Below are positions 50,001 to 63,162 of a DNA stretch of 64,000 nt, piece after piece (the stretch's first letter is position 1; each line of letters starts with the position of its first letter). Made by a program: the position numbers and the translations under genes. The notes below the pieces were generated by a model that was given only the letters and a program-made list of their open reading frames with translations, did not search any database and was not told the DNA's origin. Source of the DNA: Octopus sinensis (Eukaryota); the NCBI RefSeq assembly GCF_006345805.1, contig NC_042998.1, forward strand, positions 47,740,001-47,804,000. The letters run 5' to 3'.

Positions 50001-50459
50001 TATATATATATATATATATAAGGGACATGCCATCTAGGTAGGCAAGGTAGGCTGTGCCTATATTGAATAAAATAGATTGAGAGCAACATTTTCCTTTTAT
50101 GACAAAATATGCACCTAATTCAATAAAATTATGAAGGGTACTCTATTATGTATAAAATACAAAATACTTTATTTTTTTTTGTAAATTAGGTAAGCATAAT
50201 TTGCTTACCTAATATATATATATATATATATATATACAGGATGACCCAAAAGTAGGTTTACAGTTATTCAACATTCTCTTTTGCATTCATATATTAACAG
50301 TTTAGATCTTAATTATAGAAAAAAATATAAAACCATTATTCTATACTAATTTAGTTAATTTTGTCAAACTTCCTTTTCAGTTTGTAAGAATGGAAAAGTA
50401 AACATGTAACATACTGATGATAATGAGGAAACTTACAGATAATTTTTGCTTCATAATTC

Positions 50460-51030
50460 ATTCTAATTTTGGCACTAGTCCGGCAATTTCGAGGAGAGAG
50501 AGGAGTTGATTACATCAACCTTGTGTTGAACTGGTACTTAATTTGTCAATCCAAAAATGATGAAAGGCAAAGTCAACTTCAGCAGAATTTGAACTCAGCT
50601 CATGAAAAGTTAGAAGAAATACTCTTTACTCTTTTATTCTTTCACTTGTTCCAGTCATTTGACTACGGCCATGCTGGAGCACTGCCTTTAGTTGAACAAA
50701 TCGACCCCGGGACTTATTCTTTGGAAGCCTAGTACTTATTCTATCAGTCTCTTTTGCCGAAACACTAAGTTACGGGGACGTAAACACACTACCATTGGTT
50801 TTTAAGCAATGTTGGGGGACAAACACAGACACACCAACATATACACACACACATATATACATACATATATACGACAGGCTTCTTTCAGTTTCCATCGACC
50901 AAATCCACTCACAAGGCTTTGGTCGGCCCGAGGCTATAGTAGAAGACACTTGCCCAAGGTGCCATGCAGTGGGAATGAACCTGGAACCATGTGGTTCGTA
51001 AACAAGCTACTTACCACACAGCCACTCTTG
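50460..51030 (-). mobile_element. decayed SINE B (50460-50620) abutting a full SINE A (50622-51030)
   Basis: Matches to the in-window family consensus sequences. Confidence 0.8.
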
Positions 51031-51091
51031 CTACAAATCATTTTTCCCTTATAAACTAATAATTCTGCCAGCTTGCAACCTTTTGTTTTAT

Positions 51092-51440
51092 AATGTCACC
51101 AAAAAATATCTGTTAAATTGTTACGTAGCTGCCATTGAAGACAGACAGGAAAATGTTGCACAGCAGGAAAATTGTGCAGAGCAGGAAAATATTTTATTCT
51201 CATTTCAAATAAACAACACTTTTCAGAAAACATTTCTGAATTATATGTTTATGACAAGGTCTAGTCATTGTTGTGCTGGAGTGGGTCGTGCACTCCAGTG
51301 ACCCTGAGAGCTATACCAATAGAATATAGAAGCTCCTGCGAGGGCACCTATGCTGGATATATGTCAAAGAGTAGAGGCCAGATCAACAGGGGCCACTTCT
51401 TCTTAAAGGTTAAAATGGGTTCCTATAGTCAATACTATGT
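51092..51440. repeat. left arm of a ~340-bp inverted duplication (partner 54755-55085), containing an RTE/Expander-like 5'UTR motif
   Basis: ATGTCACCAAAAAATATCTGTT and GACCCTGAGAGCTATACCA occur reverse-complemented and collinear in the partner. Confidence 0.8.
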
Positions 51441-52162
51441 ACAAAAAAAACAAAATTACAGAAGCATTGATAGCAATTTAAAATTTAAAACCAGCAAAAC
51501 TTGGGAAAGAGAAGCAGAAAAGACAGACTAGAGTCAAGAAAAGTAAAGAAAAGTCATTTATGGTCTATGCTTCATAGAGAGCAAAGAGCTTAAATGAGTT
51601 GTAAGAATTATATGTTACATTTACAGACTGCTTGATAACCGGTGTTGGTGTGTTTATGCTCCTGTAATTTAGTGGTTCGGCAAAAGAGATCAATTTAAAT
51701 GAGTACCAGGCTTTTATATATACTTTCATATAGAAATAAAACTGGTATAGACCTGGAAAGATAATCATTCAAATGAATCGACAAATGTCTAATGAATATT
51801 TCTATTGTACCCAACACATGTATTCTGCATATTAGGGTCATAATTAAGCAAGAACATAAGGAAACAGTCAAGTCTCTTGCAAATTGCTTGCTACAAGTAC
51901 TACAGTGATTTCATAACAGCCAGTATGTGTGCATGTGTGTGGGAGGAGATAAATGAATGGAGAGAGAGAGATTACCAAAGCAGGAACTTCTAATTCCTAT
52001 GGCCACCACACTAGTTTTCTCGTATCTTGAATAGACTAGTATTTTGCATGGTAGAGTATCAATAAACTTGTATCATTTATACTAATGTACTGGTACCAAA
52101 ATTTAATTTGATTGTTTAAGTAAATTCAACATTTGTTTAATCTAGAGTATGGACACCCCTTG

Positions 52163-52480
52163 GTGAAGATACATGGCTGTGGTTAGAGTGTCGGGCTCAC
52201 AATCATAAGGTAATGAGTTCGATTCCAGGACTGGGCTGTGTGTTGTTATGTTTTAGAGTAAGACGTTTTATTTCACATTGCTCCAGTTCACTCAGCTGTA
52301 GAAATGAGTTCTGATGTCACTGGTGCCAAGCTGTATTGGTCTTTACCTTTCCTTTGTATAACATTGGTGATGTGGAGATAGGAGGCTTGCTCAGACTTGT
52401 GCCTCAGAGGAGAACTTTATAGGTGCAACCCCATGGTCATTCAAGACCAAAGGTGGGGGGGGGGGTTCTTTACTCTTTAC
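52163..52480 (+). mobile_element. SINE family C (tail type 1), CpG-decayed
   Basis: Collinear with 7036-7372. Confidence 0.85.
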
Positions 52481-52887
52481 CCTGGCCACCCTTTGCTCAG
52501 AAAAAAAAAACTAATCTAGAAAGGCTTTGGAATTAAGAGTTCTGGAACATCAATGTTGTACTTGTATATTAAGGAGAAAGTTTGTGCCCATGATCCTTTA
52601 TAGGACCTCAGAGATTACTGAGAAGGAGGGGGAATATTAATCCTCAAACCAGAGACCTGGATAAAAGCTTGCAACAAAGTAGACACTGCTAAAGATTTTC
52701 AAGAGTTAGGCACTGACATTAAACCAAGTAACAAATATTAAGTCTACATCCAATTCTATGTAAATAACAGCAGCATGTGTACCACTAATGAAATGTAGTG
52801 AGAGCTTAAGGTCACAAAGTGTAAGAAAAGGAATCTTGTCAGAAGTTTTTAATTTCTTCTCTACTACAACAAATCAGAAAAAAATTT

Positions 52888-53105
52888 TGATTTCAAATTT
52901 CGGCACAAGGCCAGCAATTTTGAGGTGGGGGTTAAATTGTATTACATAGACCACAGTGCTTAACTGGTCCTTAATTTATTGACCCTCAAAAGGATAAATG
53001 GCAAAGTTGACCTCAGCCGAATTTGAACTCGGAAGGTAAGGAAGGATGTAATACTATGAAGTATTTCGCCCAGTATGCTAACAATTTTTCTTGCTCGCTG
53101 CCTTA
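52888..53105 (-). mobile_element. SINE family B, CpG-decayed
   Basis: TTTCAAATTTCGGCACAAGGCCAGC...GGCAAAGTTGACCTCAGCCGAATTTGAACTC. Confidence 0.8.
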
Positions 53106-53259
53106 CAAATCTATAAAAAATATTAATGAGACTAAGTTAACTTTAACAAGAGCAGAGCTCAATCCATAGAGGTTATAAACATTCATTAAGAGATTAGTTC
53201 AGTTCTATAATAACAATAAGCAAATTTTCCAAGCCAAGTTTTTTTTTTATCTTCATACA

Positions 53260-53617
53260 AGGTATTAAAGGCTGATCTCAAGGCACTGAGCCTTACGAAA
53301 GAAATGATAAAGGCCTGAAACATCTGGCCTCTTGCCGTTTGAAGGATCAATTGCCCCATCTCCCCTTCAGGGTTGGCGAAAGCGATGTGGTGTGGGCAAT
53401 GAAAAACTTGGCTGATGACAGTCAAGGCTGATCTGGAACCCAACCCAGGCTCCCATATCTACGGCGCTCACCACTGAAATAAGGAGTGGTTGGAGATCAC
53501 ACAGCCGTTAACCTCAAATCGCCAGGTCTGGTCGATATTTGTGAGAGATGCAGCATTGAGGATGAATGAAACCAGCTCAACCCACCCCGGGTGAATGCTG
53601 TCTCAAGACAAGAAGAC
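53260..53617 (+). pseudogene. two adjacent RTE-type LINE C-terminal fragments from different families
   Basis: VLKADLKALSLTKEMIKA*NIWPLAV, then GQ*KTWLMTVKADLEP..IYGAHH*NKEWLE..NRQVWSIFVRDA..STHPG* with a CAAGA-type tail. Confidence 0.7.
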
Positions 53618-53871
53618 TCTTGCTGTACTCAAGAAGATGCATCCATCAAAGCAGAACTGATACCAGTGCTGATGTCACACAAAAAGCACTGGTGCTGGTG
53701 TCACATAAAAAGTACTGGTACTGTAAAGTGGTTGGCATTAGGAAGGGCATCCAGCCACAGAAATCGTGTCAGAACAGACAATAGAACCTGAGGTGTCTCC
53801 CCCTCCCTGACAAGCCTTACTGGCACCTGCCAAACCATCCAAGCCATGCCAGCATGAAAAACAGACATTAA

Positions 53872-54088
53872 CCCTTTTGTTACAAACCCAGCTGAAACCG
53901 GCTCTGGCTCTGAGTACAAATGTCTTGTTTTCATAAGTTTTGAATTAAAATCTTTCACCAAACCTTAGTCACAATTTATGCTAACACTAGCTGAATGATA
54001 ACCAAGTTATTTTCCTAATTTTTTTATTATATTTAAAGTAATTGAAAGAAACTCAGAGCATCTCAAAACAAATACAGTAATGAAAGGG
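53872..54088. mobile_element. piggyBac-type MITE inserted in the tail of a family D element
   Basis: TTAA|CCCTTTTGTTAC ... GTAATGAAAGGG|TTAA. Removing it restores the host tail ACAGACATTAAATGATGATG. Confidence 0.85.
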
Positions 54089-54221
54089 TTAAATGATGAT
54101 GATGAGGAGGAGGAGGAGGAAGATCCTGAATCCAGAAAAGCTAATGTCTTTGCCTATAGGTATGACATAATGCTATTAAAGATAAATCCATTAGCTCAAT
54201 CAGTATACTTTTTCACATAGA

Positions 54222-54580
54222 TAGTGGTTGGCGTTAGGAAGGGCATCCAGCTGTAGAAACTTTGCCAGATCAAGATTGGAGCCTGGTGCAGCCATCTGGT
54301 TCGCCAGCCCTCAGTCAAAATCGTCCAAGCCATGCTAGCATGGAAAGTGGACGTTAAACGATGATGATGATATTACAGCTCAGTGTATATAATATATTTT
54401 CTTTTACCTTTTACTTGTTTCAATCATTAGACTGTCACCATGCTGGGGCACAGCCTTGAAGAATTTTTAGTTGAATCAACCCCAGTACGTTTTTTTTTTA
54501 AGCCTGGTACTCATTCTATTGGTCTCTGTGCCAAACCACTAAGTTACAAAGGTATAAACACACCAACACTGATTGTCAAC
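54222..54580. mobile_element. family D (+, 54222-54372) and SINE A 3' half (-, 54400-54580)
   Basis: Matches to the in-window family consensus sequences. Confidence 0.8.
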
Positions 54581-54754
54581 TGCCTACAATATGTAACATG
54601 CATATAATTTTGACTACCCATTTAAGCCTTTGTTCCCTGTGTAACCTTGGTTTTAGATAACTTTTCTCTACTGTTCTTCACTCTGAACTATTTTTTCTGC
54701 TTATCTCTCACAGGTCTTGTTGATTTTAAATATTGAATTGCCATCAATGCTAGG

Positions 54755-55085
54755 TAGGAGTGTTGGCTATACAAGAACCCATTTTTACCTCAAGCAAGAA
54801 GCGATCCATATTTATCTGACCTCTATTCTTTGACCTATCCAGCACGGGAGGCCCCAGTAAGAGTTTCTATATTCCACTGGTATAGCTCTCAGGGTCCATT
54901 AAAGTGCACAACCCTTCACAACACAATGACGACTGAAACCTTGTGATGGATGTACAATTTTAAAATGTTTCATGGTGAGTGTTGCTAAGTTGAAATAAGG
55001 AAAATATTCTCCTGCTGTGCAACATTTCCCTGTCTATTTTCAATGGCAGGTAGGTAATAATTCAACAGATATTTTTTGGTGACAT
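54755..55085. repeat. right arm of the inverted duplication with 51092-51440
   Basis: See left arm. Confidence 0.8.
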
Positions 55086-56375
55086 CAACATCCAGTGTTT
55101 TAAATCCAGGTTTTGTCCTTGTTAACAGAGGTGGCTGGATCTACCTCAATGCCATAGCAACCAAGGAAGCCAGGTGCAGCCCACCCCGACCTTTGGGCTA
55201 GCTGGCTGGTGCCCATTCTCCTTTGCTGTCATGAGGCTTTTTTGGAATTGGATTTTCTACGGGGAAGCATGCCCTTGCTAACTCCCAACCTCAGTTTCTA
55301 GACATGAGTGGTCCTGAGAACAAGGCCTCTACCACGATTTTTAAGAAATGTGGTAGAAAACTAGCTCGGGAAGGCAGGGACACTACTCCCTGAAACCCCT
55401 TTTGGAGCCCCATTACATATAATTCATACATATCGTAATGGAAAACGGATGTTAAACGATGATGATGATGATGCTGTCCTGCTTAAGCAGTGATAAGCAT
55501 GTAATGCCTACATTCACACACATGCATGCACACACACACAAACACACACACACACACACACACACTCAAATGTTGGGTTTCCTACAATCTTTGTTTAACA
55601 AATTAACCCACAAGGTATTGATTAGCCCAGGACAATAGTAAAAGACACTTACCCAAAGTGGCACATGGTGGGGACTTGAACCAAAACCACATGGTTGCAA
55701 AGTAAACTTCTTAATCACATAACCATGTCTGTAAATTTATAAATGTATAACGTAATTAATTCCTTCTCAGAAACATAAAAATAAAATTAAATAAAATAAT
55801 GAAAACAAAAACTGAGTAAAAAAAAAAAAAGAACTACATGAAACCCTAAACCCAAATTTGTGTGCACCGAGATATGCAGGGATGCACAGATTGTCTGTGG
55901 GATTATTTCCTAATTCATGAAACAAGAATTTAACAAGACTGCCAACTTCGATAAAAAAAAAAATGTTAAAATGGTGGTGCTGGTGGTGGTGGTAATGATG
56001 ATGTAACACCCATCCTAATGAATATAACAATATGACAGAGCCTCATATAGCATAATGACTTGAAAAACTTCAGTTAACTAAGATTAATTGAGCAATTTGT
56101 AGTCAAAACTAAAAAAAAAAATGAGGGAGAGAGAGATAATTGCAATTGGATCAAACAACATTTTTGAAAATACTAAAAAAAAGCAATATAACGGCAGATT
56201 TTGGTCTTCAAAGCCAACTTGTGAAAGTATAAAACATGTTTAGATCTTATTAAACCACATCAGTTAAGTATAACCTGCTCTATTGTTAAAACTAACTATA
56301 ATCAATACATTCATTTGTTTATTTTGTGCATCTTTTTCCCTATGCTGACATGACTTAGATAAATATATTGAGGCT

Positions 56376-56890
56376 AGAGCTGGATTTGGACTGAGGAGAG
56401 CCCCTAAGAAACCCTATGAATTTGCATATGTAATTTTCAACTTAGGACATCAGTAGATTCTGAAGGACCGTTAAATTTAACGGCTTTTTAACCCTATAGC
56501 ATTCACATTTATTTTGTTAAATATAATGCTTGTTTATTCACATTGTTTTGAATTAATCCTGCATTATCTTGTAGCTTCAAAATATTAATGATGTGATTGT
56601 TGATTTTTAGAATGACAATGTAAAGTAGGTGTGAAAGGCTGGCTCTGGCTGTTTTGAACACTAAACATATTTTGGCTGAATATGGCCAGTTTAAATACTC
56701 AAGGGCTTAACCTAAAAGGACCCAATAAATAAAAAGAGGGTAAAATAACTTTGAATTTTTTTAAAAAGTGAAAAAATGACAAATCTATTTCATGGCTGTA
56801 GAAATATTTTTTTAATATTTAACTCACAGCTTTTGGCTTCTCTTAATTTAAAGGGGGCCTTCCATACTGACCCTCACAAATCTGGCTCTA
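56376..56890. mobile_element. decayed hAT-like MITE containing a nested piggyBac-type MITE (56492-56705)
   Basis: Outer TAGAGCTGGATTTG / CAAATCTGGCTCTA (12/14 inverted match). Inner TTAA|CCCT...AGGG(C)TTAA. Confidence 0.55.
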
Positions 56891-57159
56891 ATCGAAGTAT
56901 TGTATTACAGGCAGACACTCTTTTTATCACTAACCCTTTCCTGTTTCTCTCTCTCTTTTATTTTTGTACAAGTCAAGGAATATCCTGTACCACATGTATT
57001 CAAAGCTGTAAAACCATGAGACATCAATAGAAGGTTAACCACATCAACACATATAGCTGATTGAATTTTCAGAAAAGCTGAGATATAAACAAATGCATTG
57101 ATGCACAAGCATACATTTGCATGGTTATATATATATAAATATAGTTATATCAATACCAG

Positions 57160-57427
57160 TACCGCCTGACAGGCTCCCATTCGGTGGTATGCAAAAAGTA
57201 CCATTCGAGCATGGTCAATGCCAGTACTGCCTGACTGGCTCCCATTCCAGGGGTATGAAAAATGCACCCGCTACACTCTCAGACTGGTTGGCGTTAGGAA
57301 GGGCATCCAGCTGTAGAAACCTTGCCAGATCAGATTGGAGCTTGGTGCAGCTTCCTGGCTTGCCAGTCCTCAGTCAAACCAGCCAACCAATGCCAGCATG
57401 GAAAGTGGATGTTAAACAATGATGATG

Positions 57428-57461
<34 letters not shown>

Positions 57462-57862
57462 CGTAGGGGTGGCTGTGTAGTAAGTAGCTTGCTTACCAAG
57501 CACATGGTTCTGAGTTCAATCCCACTGCGTGGCACCTTGGGCAAGTGCCTTCTACTATAGCCTTGGGCCGACCAAATGCTTATGAGTGGATTTGGTAGAC
57601 GGAAACTGAAAGAAGCTCATTGTAGATATGTATGTATATATATATATAATATATATATATACACACGTGTGTGTGTTTGTCCCTGCCAACATCGCTTGAC
57701 AACATCGCTGGTGTGATTATGTCCCCGTAACTTAGCAGTTCGGCAAAAGAGACCAATAGAATAAGTACTAGGCTTTCAAAGAATAAGTCCTGAGGTCAAT
57801 TTGCTCGACTAAAGGTGGTGCTGCAGCATGGCCACAGTCAAAAGACTGAAACAAGTAAAAGA
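57160..57862 (+). mobile_element. family D (57160-57428) followed by a full SINE A (57458-57862)
   Basis: Matches to the in-window consensus sequences, separated by (TA)n. Confidence 0.85.
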
Positions 57863-57870
57863 GTGAGAGA

Positions 57871-57927
<57 letters not shown>

Positions 57928-58335
57928 GAAAGAGAGGGGGACAAAGAGAGAGAGAGAAAGAATAGAAATGGGTTTAGGTTCAATACAGCTGTTTCAGACA
58001 TGTTTTTTATTGATGAATAAACTGATTACATCATGAAAAAAACTTCTCTTGAAAAGATTTAAAAATCTAAAATTTAAGATCTGGTTCAGAAAAAAATATC
58101 AAGATATTGAATGTGCATTAACCCTCTCATTTTGGCAACAAGTAATCTCGACCCTAATTCAAATGAACCCTACAAATAATTAATTATATATACATACATT
58201 TATTCATATACACACGTACATAGCAGGCTTCTTCCAGTTTCTATCTACCAAACCCACAAGAGATTTGCTCAATGTACTGTGCAGTGTGACTGAATTCAAG
58301 ACCATATGGTTTGGAAGTGAACTATTTAGCCATAG

Positions 58336-58391
<56 letters not shown>

Positions 58392-58394
<3 letters not shown>

Positions 58395-58554
58395 TGTAAC
58401 TGTGTGGTAAGAAACTTGCTTCCCAACAACATGGTTCTAGGTTTGATCTAACTGTGTAGCACCTTCGACAAATATCTTTTATTATAGCCTCAGGCCACCC
58501 AAAGCCTTGTGAGTTGATTCAGTAGATCAAAACTGAAAGAAGCCAATTGTGCAT

Positions 58555-58602
<48 letters not shown>

Positions 58603-58812
58603 GTGTGTGTCTGTGTTTGTTACTCTGGCATTACTTGGCAGCTGATGCTGGTGTGTTTATGTCCCTGTAACTTAGCAGTTCAGCAAAAGAGATGGTTAGG
58701 ATATGTATTGAGCTTACAAAGAATAAGTCCTGGAATCAATTTCTTCGACTAAAACCCTTTAAGGCAGTGCTCCAGCATGGCTGCGGTCAAATGACTGTAA
58801 CAAATAAAAAGA
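58392..58812 (+). mobile_element. SINE family A, CpG-decayed
   Basis: CTGTGTGGTAAGAAACTTGCTTCCC...GCTCCAGCATGGCTGCGGTCAAATGACTG. Confidence 0.8.
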
Positions 58813-58826
58813 TATATATATATATA

Positions 58827-59265
58827 TCATCATCATCATCATCATTTAACGTCCGCTTTCCATGCTAGCATGGGTTGGACGGTTCAACTGGGGTCTGGGG
58901 AGCCCGAAAGCTGCACCAGTCCAGTCAGATCTGGCAGTGTTTCTACAGCTGGATGCCCTTCCTAACGCCAACCACTCCGAGAGTGTAGTGGGTGATTTTA
59001 TGTGCCACCGACACAGGTGCCAGACGAGGCTGGCAAACGGCCACGCTTGGATGGTGTTTTTTATGTGCCACCGACACAGGTGCCAGACGAGGCTGGCAGA
59101 CGGCCACGCTCGGATGGTGTTTTTATGTGCCACCGACACAAGTGCCAGACGAGGCTGGCAGACGGCCACGCTCGGATGGTGTTTTTTTTATGTGCCACCG
59201 ACACAGGTGCCAGACGAGGCTGGCAGACGGCCACGATCGGATGGTGCTTGTTACGTGCCCACAGC
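58827..59265 (-). mobile_element. family D element with four ~61-65-bp tandem units
   Basis: ATGTGCCACCGACACA(G/A)GTGCCAGACGAGGCTGGCA x4, with a (CAT)n tail at 58827. Confidence 0.9.
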
Positions 59266-59560
59266 AATATATATATATTATTTTACTTGTTTGTCATGGG
59301 ACTGCAGCCATGCTGATGTACCACCTTGAAGGGTTTAGTCAAACAGATTGACTCCAGCACTTATTTTTTAAGTCAAGTACTTATTCTATCACATCCTTTT
59401 GCCAAACTGCTAAGTTATGGAGCCATAAACAAACCAAAAAAAAACTGTCAAGTAGTGGTGGCAGTGATGCAAACATACATACACTCATATACACCACACA
59501 CGTGTGTGTGTATGTATGTATATATATAATATATATATATATATATAATATATATACATT

Positions 59561-59607
<47 letters not shown>

Positions 59608-59705
59608 GTTAATCCAAACAAGAAAACACAGAAAAAAAACACAGCAACGCGAGGACGTGGAGCAATTAAAGTATTATTTGACGCTCAGGAAAGAAGGGAA
59701 GGAGA
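59608..59705 (-). mobile_element. truncated copy of the PLE-type terminal repeat seen at 63037-63200
   Basis: GTTAATCCAAACAAGAAA..CAACG.GAGGA.GTGGA..GTATTATT.GACGCTCAGGAAAGAAGG is shared. Both abut (TA)n. Confidence 0.75.
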
Positions 59706-59711
59706 GGAAAT

Positions 59712-59920
59712 ATGGTTTCAAATTTTGGTACAAGGCCAGCAATTTCAGAGAAGGTTGTAAGTTGATTACATTGACCCCAATGCTCAACTGGTACTTATTT
59801 TGTTGATCCCAAAATAATGAAAGGCAGAATTGACTATGGCAGAATTCAAACTCAGTATGTATAGTCTGATGAAATACAGCCAAGCATTTTTCCTAGCATG
59901 GTAACGATTGTGCCAGCTCA
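59712..59920 (-). mobile_element. SINE family B, CpG-decayed
   Basis: GGTTTCAAATTTTGGTACAAGGCCAGC... Confidence 0.8.
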
Positions 59921-61309
59921 CTTATAGACACACACACACACACACATATATATACAGAGAGAGAGAGAGAGAGAGAGAAAGAGAGGGGTCATCCTGGATC
60001 TGTAGTAGAAGACACTTGCCCAAGATGACATGCAGTGGGACTGAACCTGAAACGATAGTTGCAGGGCCAGCTTCTCAACCATACATACCCACTCATCTCC
60101 CTTCCCCCCCCACACACACACTGACTGACTGACCAACCGATAGATATGAAAGTAGATAGAATGTAGCGACACTGATTAAGAATATCAACAACATAGCTGA
60201 GAAAAAACATCGACTGGAGCATTCTGCATTCTAAATATACATATGGTAGGGTTTCACACATGTAATACAGAAGGATTATAAACTTAGATTAAATGAGATT
60301 AGCCAGCTGCAACACGAAGAGTGTGATAGTAAAAGAGTCATGTATAGGATCTTACGACTTACTATATCTGGACTAATTCAGTTATAATTGAAGCACAGAA
60401 GTGGGTTAGAAGATGTTATTAGAAACTAGTAAGGATAGATTTCATAAGTAAATGAAACAGCTATAACAGATTTTGTTAGTAAGTTATTCAATTCCATAAT
60501 GCAAGTGTGGTGTCAGATTTCCATAATAATCTTTCGTCATCATCATCATCATCGTTTAACATCGACTCTCTAAGCTTGCATGGGTCAAAAAGAATTCATT
60601 GAGACAGATCTGCTGTGGCTGAATGCCCTTCCTGTCACCAACCTTTACTTGTTTCCAAGCAAATGATCAGATATGTATTTTATAGAAGACTGAAAGCAAA
60701 CAATGCTGGTTCTATGTCGATGAAACAATGCTGCTTGTATGTTGGTGGTACAATCATTGCATAAGGACACACATATATACATACACCAAATCTGCTCACA
60801 TGATTTTGGTTGGCCTCAGACTATAGTAGAAGACACTCGCCCAAGGTGCCATGCAGTGGGACTGAACCCAAATCTCTGTGATCAGGAAGCAAGCTTCATA
60901 CCACACAGCCAATGCCTACAATCATTACATATCAAGACACACACACACCTTTCAGTTTCCATTGACCAAATTCAATCACAAGGTTTTGGTCAGCCTGAGA
61001 CTAGAAAAAACACGTGCCCAAGGTGGTGTGCAGTGGGACTGAACCTGAGGTCACATGGTTAGAAAGCAAGTTTCTTAGCCACATCATCATAGTTGTGCTC
61101 ATTACAATCTTTGATAAGAAAAATTACAGACCAATCTGCTTCAAGCTATGTCTGTAATGGATGCAGGCTTGGTTGTGCGGGTATGGAGTTGGCTTCATAA
61201 CCACCAGGTTTTGAGTTCTAGTGACACCCAAGGTAAATGCCTGTTTCTTCTTCAACAGCCTCTAGCTGACCAATACCTTCTAGTGGAATTAGTAAATGGA
61301 ATATGAAAT

Positions 61310-61750
61310 ATGCCGGTGGCACGTAAAAAGCACCATCCGATCGTGGCCGTTTGCCAGCCTCATCTGGCACGTAAAAAGCACTCATGGAGTGGTTGGCATT
61401 AGGAAGGACATCCAGCCGTAGAAACATTGCCAGATCAGACTGGGCCTGGTGCAGCCTTCTGGCTTCCCAGACCCCAGTTGAACCGTCCAACCCATGCCAG
61501 CATGGAAAGCGGACGCTAAACGACGATGATGATGATGACATGTATGTATGGTGAGCTCACTAGTGTTGGTGGCAAAAAAAGAAGCATTCAGCACAGGCTG
61601 TCAAGTGGTTGACATTAGAAAAGGCATCGAAGCCATAAAAACCATGCCAAAGTAAAACACTAGAGTACAATGCAGTCCTTGAACCCAACAGATCCTGTCA
61701 CACCATTCAACCTATAGCAGAATTGAACATGGATATTAAATTATGATGTA
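61310..61750 (+). mobile_element. two tandem family D copies
   Basis: GCCGGTGGCACGTAAAAAGCACC...GGACGCTAAACGACGATGATG, followed by a decayed second copy. Confidence 0.8.
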
Positions 61751-63127
61751 TGTATGCATGTGTGTGTATGTATGTGCGTGCGTGCATGCGTGAAAGCTGA
61801 CATTCTCTGTCTCCATTTGTTACTAGATGATAAAAGTAGTGATTCCAATACATCCTGTCACTTTCCACTTTCAAAGACTAATGAAATAAAATATTCCGCA
61901 TTCGAAAAATAGCTAAGGATTGATGATAGTAAGAGCATACTGCCATAAAGTGCTACTTCAAATAAGACTCCTCCAACACATGCAAACATGGAAAAATAGG
62001 TGCAAAACAAATTTTTGAATAAATAGATGACTCAAAGGACATGTTTTTTTCTTCTTCAGTGCTGTTTCTAATTAATGACTGCAGGCACAACCTTATAGCT
62101 AAGAAATGTGCTTTAGTCATTCAATGGTTCCAGGTTCTATATTGCAATGCATCACTTCAAGTCAAGCTTATCTACCTGAACTACAGCTCACCTAAAACCT
62201 TCCAAGTGAAAGTTTTTGTAGATGAAAACTACAAACAAAATAAGATGAATTGATATATATTTGTATATATATATAAGCAGAGCATTAACTCCTAGAGTGT
62301 TGAACAAAATATTTTGCAGTATTCAGTTAAGTCATTGTGCATTTTGAGTTCAAATCTAGCTGAAATTCGCCTTACTTTTTCGTGATAAATACCAGACAAT
62401 GTAATGTAATCAACATATAACTTTCTACAGCCAGATGTTCTTCTTGTTGCCAACCCTAACTTGTTTCCAAGAAAGGTAAATTTTTTCTCTCCTGGCAGAA
62501 CATGTTTTTGCACAAGACTGGAAATGAAAGGACATTGCTTGCACGATGTTAACATCCACTCAAGCAATGTCAAGTAAGGAGACAGTAACACAAACACAAA
62601 TGCATCTATATATATGTATATATATATATATATATAACAAATAAGATATATATATATACACATACATACATGCATATATGGGTACAGGACATCACCAACA
62701 GTGCAAATAACATGAAATGCATAAACAAATGAGGGAAAAATGAGTGAAATACATAAACGAGAAAAAAATGCAAAACGGGGCAAGTTAACACAGAGAAAGG
62801 AACCTTCATCAGTTATCGTCTGTCTATCTACTCCTCATTTCGAGCATTCAACGACAATATGAGTTTCCAAAGACACTTGCTCCCATAAATTCCAAACTAA
62901 GATTTAGGATTTATGGAGGGTCAAAGTTGGGAACAAAAAAATGACAGTGGAAACATACAAGGAAACTGAACAAAAACAAACATAGAGGGTCATTAGACCA
63001 GAACAAATATATGTATATATATATATATATATATAAAGTTAATCCAAACAAGAAAGCACAAAAAAACACAACAACGTGAGGATGTGGAACAAATATAGTA
63101 TTATTGGACGCTCAGGAAAGAAGGAGG

Positions 63128-63162
63128 GTTTAACGTTTCGAGCGGAGCTCTTCGTCGGAAAC
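63128..63162 (-). ncRNA. minimal type I hammerhead ribozyme variant within a PLE-type repeat (63037-63200)
   Basis: Minus strand GTTT-CCGACGA-A-GAGC-TCC-GCTC-GAAA-CG-TT-AAAC. Stems I and II are intact and stem III is the palindrome AACGTT. The core has a U4-to-C change. Confidence 0.6.

Noticed and set aside
56388-56420. CTGAGGA..GAAA motif
   Set aside because: No stem II or stem I. It lies in a MITE terminus.
62780-62860. Minus-strand GAAA...CTGATGA in a repeat-like block
   Set aside because: The required stems do not pair in any hammerhead topology.
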